A stretch of 54,975 nucleotides of DNA from Octopus bimaculoides. Taxonomy: Eukaryota. Below the pieces are notes generated by a model that worked only from the letters and a program-made list of their open reading frames with translations, made no database searches and was not told the origin of the DNA. The stretch covers positions 55,727,527 through 55,782,501 of the forward strand of contig NC_068990.1 in NCBI RefSeq assembly GCF_001194135.2, written 5' to 3'. This document shows, in pieces, positions 48,870 through 54,975 of the stretch. The position numbers and the translations under genes were made by a program. Every line of letters starts with the position of its first letter. The stretch's first letter is position 1.

Positions 48870-49395
48870 GGCGTAGGAGTGGCTGTGTGGTAAGTAGCTT
48901 GCTTACCAACCACATGGTTTCGGGTTCAGTCCCACTGCGTGGCACCTTGGGCAAGTGTCTTCTACTATAGCCTCGGGCTGACCAAAGCCTTGTGAGTGGA
49001 TTTGGTAGACAGAAACTGAAAGAAGCCCATCACATATATATATATGTGTGTGTGTGTATATGTTTGCATGTCTATGAAAGAAGCCCATCACATATATATA
49101 TGTGTGTGTGTGTATATGTTTGCATGTCTATGAAAGAAGCCCATCACATATATATATATGTGTGTGTGTATGTGTTTGCATGTCTATGTTTGTCCCCCCA
49201 ACATCACTTGACAACCGATGCTGATGTGTTTACGTCCCCGTAACTTAGCGGTTCAGCAAAAGTAACCGATAGAATAAGTACTAGGCTTCCAAAGAATAAG
49301 TCTTGGGGTCGATTTGCTCGACTAAAGGTGGTGCTCCAGCATGGCCACAGTCAAATGACTGAAACAAATAAAAAGAGTAAAAAGAGTAAAGAGTA
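48870..49395 (+). mobile_element. SINE family A, full-length young copy with an internal triplication
   Basis: ggcgtaggagtggctgtgtggtaag (A-box)...gggttcagtccc (B-box-like)...3' aaagagt repeats. Confidence 0.92.
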
Positions 49396-49800
49396 ACAAA
49401 AAATCTATAACCCGAATATAAAATCTGTAGTTTTGTTGCCCATTCTCTCTGTAGATGTTCTCTTTGTCCCTAATTTTTGCAGAGACATTCATATCTGTTG
49501 GGAAGCTGATATCTTGAACAACACACAACTTTTGCTACCTGTCTCACACAACTATATCTGGTCTGTTGTACTTACAAATGGGTCGCTGTTTTTATTGGAA
49601 TGTTTCATTTGTATTCTTAATTCTTAAAATGTCTGGATACTTTATGGTTCTGCTTGTGCCTCTGGTATGGCAGTCAGGACAACCCTTCTTTCCTGCATAT
49701 GGCATTGTAGACCGTTTTTAGTGGCGATGTCATGTCTCATGGGAGAGAAAGTAGTTATCTTGCAGGCATATTTGGGTGGCTACTGATTATGCAAGTGATA

Positions 49801-49840
<40 letters not shown>

Positions 49841-50129
49841 GGTCTGTATGTATGTATGTATGTGTGTGTGTGTAGATATGTGTGTAAGTATGTGTGTGCA
49901 TGTGTGCGTGCGGATATGTGTAAGTATGTGTGTGTGTGTGTGTATGGACATGTATGTATATCTGTGCTTATGTATATATTTGCATGTCCAATAAACACAC
50001 ACACACACACACGTGCGCGTGCACGCGCGCGTAAAAAGCTACCATAGTGAAAAGTGACAGCAACAGCAACAACAAAACGAAATAAAAATATGAAAAGTAT
50101 ATATAAGGTGAAGGATGTAAGAAATTGCT

Positions 50130-50173
<44 letters not shown>

Positions 50174-50817
50174 CATTAATATTATTATTATTATTATCAT
50201 TACTATTATTATTATTATTATTATCATTATTATTATTGTTATTACTATTATTATTATCATCGTCAAAAAACTAAAAAAAAAAAATAATAATAATGATGAT
50301 GATGATGATGATGATAAGAATGTAGATAAAACAAACAGACTACAATAGCAATAATATCTCGAGATTTATATGACACCGGCAATATTAGGAAGAGGCACAA
50401 ACCTGGATGTNNNNNNNNNNNNNNNNNNNNNNNNNNNNNNNNNNNNNNNNNNNNNNNNNNNNNNNNNNNNNNNNNNNNNNNNNNNNNNNNNNNNNNNNNN
50501 NNNNNNNNNNNNNNNNNNNNNNNNNNNNNNNNNNNNNNNNNNNNNNNNNNNNNNNNNNNNNNNNNNNNNNNNNNNNNNNNNNNNNNNNNNNNNNNNNNNN
50601 NNNNNNNNNNNNNNNNNNNNNNNNNNNNNNNNNNNNNNNNNNNNNNNNNNNNNNNNNNNNNNNNNNNNNNNNNNNNNNNNNNNNNNNNNNNNNNNNNNNN
50701 NNNNNNNNNNNNNNNNNNNNNNNNNNNNNNNNNNNNNNNNNNNNNNNNNNNNNNNNNNNNNNNNNNNNNNNNNNNNNNNNNNNNNNNNNNNNNNNNNNNN
50801 NNNNNNNNNNNNNNNNN

Positions 50818-50854
<37 letters not shown>

Positions 50855-50988
50855 GTAGTTATATATACATATGTCAATGTAGATATAATATATATATGTA
50901 TGTATATAAATGTATATATATATATTTGCATTTGTATACACATACACATATATGTATGTATATATATCTTATGATATTATATATACAC

Positions 50989-51043
<55 letters not shown>

Positions 51044-51324
51044 AACACACATACACACACACACACACACATTCAGTCACATACGAAAACATATAATGAG
51101 ATAGTATAAAAGTTGATAAAATATTGACAATAAGAAGTATATGTTATTTTGTTGTTCTTTGGTGCAACGTTTTTTTGTTCTGTGTTGTTTGTCGTCTGCT
51201 GTTTTAGCCATTGTTAGAAGTGGAGAGAAAGAAATAATAATAATAATGAAAAAAAAAAAACAGAACTCAGTCTAGTTCGTATGAAATAGATAGATGGATG
51301 GATGAATAGAAAGACTAACCAATA

Positions 51325-51337
51325 GATAGATATATAA

Positions 51338-51368
<31 letters not shown>

Positions 51369-51382
51369 TATAGCTAGCTAGC

Positions 51383-51430
<48 letters not shown>

Positions 51431-51760
51431 CAAACGTAGATAGATGGGTAAATATATAGACATACAGACAAACAAACAGACAGACATAGCGAAGTAGATG
51501 AATAGAATAGAATAGAATAGATAGATAGATAGATAGATAGGTAAATTTACAGACTGATAGATAGATAGATAGATAGATAAATTTACAGGCTGATAGATAG
51601 ATAGATAGATTTACAGATTGATAGTTAGACAAGCAAACAGAGTGAGAGAGGAAGGGATAGTAAGAGAATGATAGAGTGAAATGGGTAGAAAAGTGAAGAC
51701 AGAGACACAGATTGACAGACAGATAGATAGATAGATAGATAGATAGACAGATAAGTTGAG
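51325..51760. repeat. (GATA)n microsatellite with interspersed aatttacag(a/g)ct units
   Basis: Directly visible. Confidence 0.9.
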
Positions 51761-52789
51761 AGAGGGGCGAAGGGGAGAGAGAGAAAAAAAGGAGAGAGAA
51801 AGGGGGCAGAGAATGTTTGAGGAAGAAATAAAGACAACAAATACATGAGAGATCAGAGTGAGTTATATAAAATTAAGCATTACGTGAGAGAGAAAGAAAG
51901 GGTGAGAGAGAGGAGGAATAGTTAGAGACCGAAAGGGAGTGATGACTGGAAATATAGAGAGGGAGAGAGAGAAAAGAAGACACAGAGAGAGAGAGAGAGA
52001 GGTGGGGAAGAGATAGTGAAAAGGATGAAACAGAATGTGAGTGATACAATATTGTAGTGTGTGAAAGTGAGAGGGAGAGAGAGGGGGAGGGAGAGAGAGA
52101 GGGGGAGGGAGAGAGAGAGGGGGTGTGTGAGGAAGAAAGAGAGAAGTGATGTGAGAGAGGTGATGATGAAAGGGAATGTGTGTGTGTGTGTGTGTGTAGC
52201 AGTGGGAGGAGAAGGCTGGGTAATTAAGTATATTAAGAAGGAGAGAGAGAGAGAGAGAGGGGGAGACAGGGAGAGAAAGAAAGAGGGAGACAGGGAGAGA
52301 GAGAGAAAGCAAAACTCATGTTAAGAGAGGAAAATAGAAATAGGGGATGAAGGCGATAAAGGAAAGAGAGGGAGAGAGAGAGGGAGAGAGATAAGGGAGA
52401 GAGAGATAAGGGAGAGAGAGAGGGTGAGAGATAAGGGAGAGAGAGATAAGGGAGAGAGAGAGAAGGGTAATATAGAGTGTGCACATAAGAAAATGAGATA
52501 GAGTGAGAAAGAGTAAATAATGATTTTGAAGAGAGAGAGAGAGAGTGAGAAAGATAGAGAGATAAAGAGAGAGATAGAATGAGTTAGGGAGAGAGAGAGA
52601 GAGGTTGGAGAAAAGGAAAGAGACAGTAAACAGAAAGAGCTTGAAGATGAAAAACAATTGAGAAATCAGAAGAGAAAAATCTCTTAAGCATTCATACACT
52701 TGCATCCACAATAGAAAGAAAGGAAGAGATAGATAGATGGATAAGGAGAGAGAGGGAGAGAGAGAGAGGGAGAGAGAGAGGGAGGAAGA

Positions 52790-53297
52790 GATTGAGTAAC
52801 TGACAGAGAAGGGAAGAGAATGAAGTGAGAGAGAGAGAGAGAGAGATTGAGTAACTGACAGAGAAGAGAAGAGACATGAAGTGAGAGAGAGGGAGAAAGA
52901 GAGAGAGATTGAGTAACTGACAGAGAAGANNNNNNNNNNNNACAGAGAAGAGAAGAGACATGAAGTGAGAGAGAGGGAGAAAGAGAGAGAGATTGAGTAA
53001 CTGACAGAGAAGGGAAGAGAATGAAGTGAGAGAGAGAGAGAGAGAGAGATTGAGTAACTGACAGAGAAGAGAAGAGACATGAAGTGAGAGAGAGGGAGAG
53101 AGAGAGAGAGATTGAGTAACTGACAGAGAAGAGAAGAGACATGAAGTGAGAGAGAGGGAGAAAGAGAGAGAGATTGAGTAACTGACAGAGAAGAGAAGAG
53201 AATGAAGTGAGAGAGAGGGAGAGAGAGAGAGAGATTGAGTAACTGACAGAGAAGGGAAGAGACATGAAGTGAGAGAGAGAGAGAGAGAGAGAGAGAA
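52790..53297. repeat. GA-rich minisatellite, unit about 56-62 bp, at least 9 copies
   Basis: gattgagtaactgacagagaag(a/g)gaagaga(c)atgaagt(ga)n repeated from 52790; one unit spans a small gap. Confidence 0.92.
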
Positions 53298-54433
53298 AGC
53301 TGCATGAAAGATAAAGATAGAAAGATATTCAGTAGAAGAGAAGGAGATAAAAAGGAGACAAGAAGAAGAATAGATAAAAGCAGAGGGAGAGGAAGAAGAA
53401 GAAGAAGAAAGCATGGAGTGCATGTGAGAAAGAGAGTGTGTGTGTGTGTGTGTGGGAGAGAGGGAGAGAGAAAGACAAAGAAAGACAAAGACAAAAGCTA
53501 AGAGAAAGAATGAGATAATAATAAAAGCATATATATATAATGTGTGTGTATGTGTGTGTGTGTGTGTGTGTGTGCATAGAGGATGAAAGGGGAGTGGGAG
53601 TGAAGAAGGCGGAGGTGAGAGAGAGAGAGAGAGGGACGGGGGTGTGTGAGGCGAGGGGGGAGAGATGAGGGGAGCGGGGAGCAGGGAAAGTAGAGAAGAT
53701 GAGCGAAGAAGTAGTGCTGTACATTACTATGCATTAGAAGATATGCCACTGACCATCTTACACATTAAAAGACATTATATTGATTACCTGAGCAAATGAC
53801 AGTTCTTCAATGACTTGACCACTGCTACTACATAGACAGAGGGAGAGAGAGAGAGGGAGAGGGAGAGGGAGAGGGAGGGACTGAGAGAGAGAGAGAGAGA
53901 CAATTATAGAGAGAAGAACAAAAGAGAGCGAGAGACATTGGTTGTTCTATTACTGACCACTGACATAGTGGAACATCTCTTACACATACATCCATACACA
54001 CACACACACACATACACACACACACACAAATACACACACATACAGAAACACACGTTCATACACGTACAGGAACATACATGTTCATACGCACAAGACACAT
54101 TAGCCAGACATCGGAGCAGTGGGCAGCCAGAGAAGAATTTTTCATGCTGACCATCACCGTTACTACAACGTACATGCAGCCATACACATATACATAATAC
54201 ACACATACACACACACACACATATGCATCAACATACATGCACACATACATACATGCACACATGCATACGCTGTATTATGGCTCACACTGACCACTGCTAA
54301 TATGCTAGAAGAAAATTCATCTTCCTGACCAATTCTCCCATTCACTCACTCGCTCACTCTTTCTCTCATTTCCTCACATTCTGTTCGTAATGTGGGCATT
54401 AAAAAAAGGAAAAGAAACAACTAAGAAGATCAC

Positions 54434-54472
<39 letters not shown>

Positions 54473-54517
54473 CATAATAATGATAATCTTTTCTTTATGG
54501 TAATAATGATAACAATG

Positions 54518-54561
<44 letters not shown>

Positions 54562-54914
54562 TATAACTAATAACTAAAGGAATAAATATAATATACATGT
54601 GTACATTAGAGGGAATAATTTTAAAAGACAGTTACATTCTCCACTGATTTATCATCCTGTTATTATTAGCAACGTTGAAGCAAAGCCTGAAATACATTGT
54701 ATATTCTATACAAGAATTTGGATTTAGTAAATAAATGCTTCCGTACCTCACAGGAGAACTAATTACGTATATGTAAATTTAAAAAAAAATATATTTAAAA
54801 AATTAGACACACTCAAACACACATATATACACATATACATACACACACATATATATATACACATATGCATATACATATATATGTATATATATATATATAC
54901 ACATATGTATATAA

Positions 54915-54975
<61 letters not shown>

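Noticed and set aside
52790-53297. CRISPR-like appearance (constant 22-bp core with intervening sequence)
   Set aside because: The spacers are near-identical (GA)n tracts, the context is eukaryotic, and there are no cas genes.
52316-53494. 392-aa ORF with repeated units
   Set aside because: It is the antisense reading of the GA-rich minisatellite and spans an N-gap.
1-54975. The large majority of ORFs in the supplied track ([24 protein letters not shown], poly-X)
   Set aside because: They are translations of dinucleotide/tetranucleotide microsatellites or N-gaps, not genes.

Overview
AT-rich, repeat-saturated eukaryotic genomic DNA from a draft assembly: more than 20 N-gaps, most next to (TA)n/(CA)n microsatellites. 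The SINE repertoire closely matches what I recall of Octopus repeats, so the source is inferred to be a coleoid cephalopod, probably Octopus. Nearly all ORFs in the supplied track are microsatellite or N artefacts, and no host gene could be identified with confidence; only a few candidate exons are offered. Recognisable content: at least five tRNA-derived SINE families (about 35 copies or fragments); fossil LINE fragments (RTE RT, RTE 3' end, CR1-type 3' end in tandem, Tx1/L1 zf-RVT, two R4/Dong-like 3' ends); a decayed Buster/Charlie hAT transposase (43.9-45.45 kb, minus strand); hAT and mariner MITEs; and a Tc1/mariner transposase fragment folded into an inverted repeat. The most notable signal is a set of minimal type-I hammerhead ribozyme motifs of the Penelope-like-element kind, in three unrelated repeat families (1218-1261, 6661-6699, 22142-22181, 22461-22500, 32170-32206). 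One forms the tail of a tRNA-headed SINE, and one pair is arranged as a fold-back. Repeat boundaries were read by eye and are approximate unless TSD or TIR coordinates are given.
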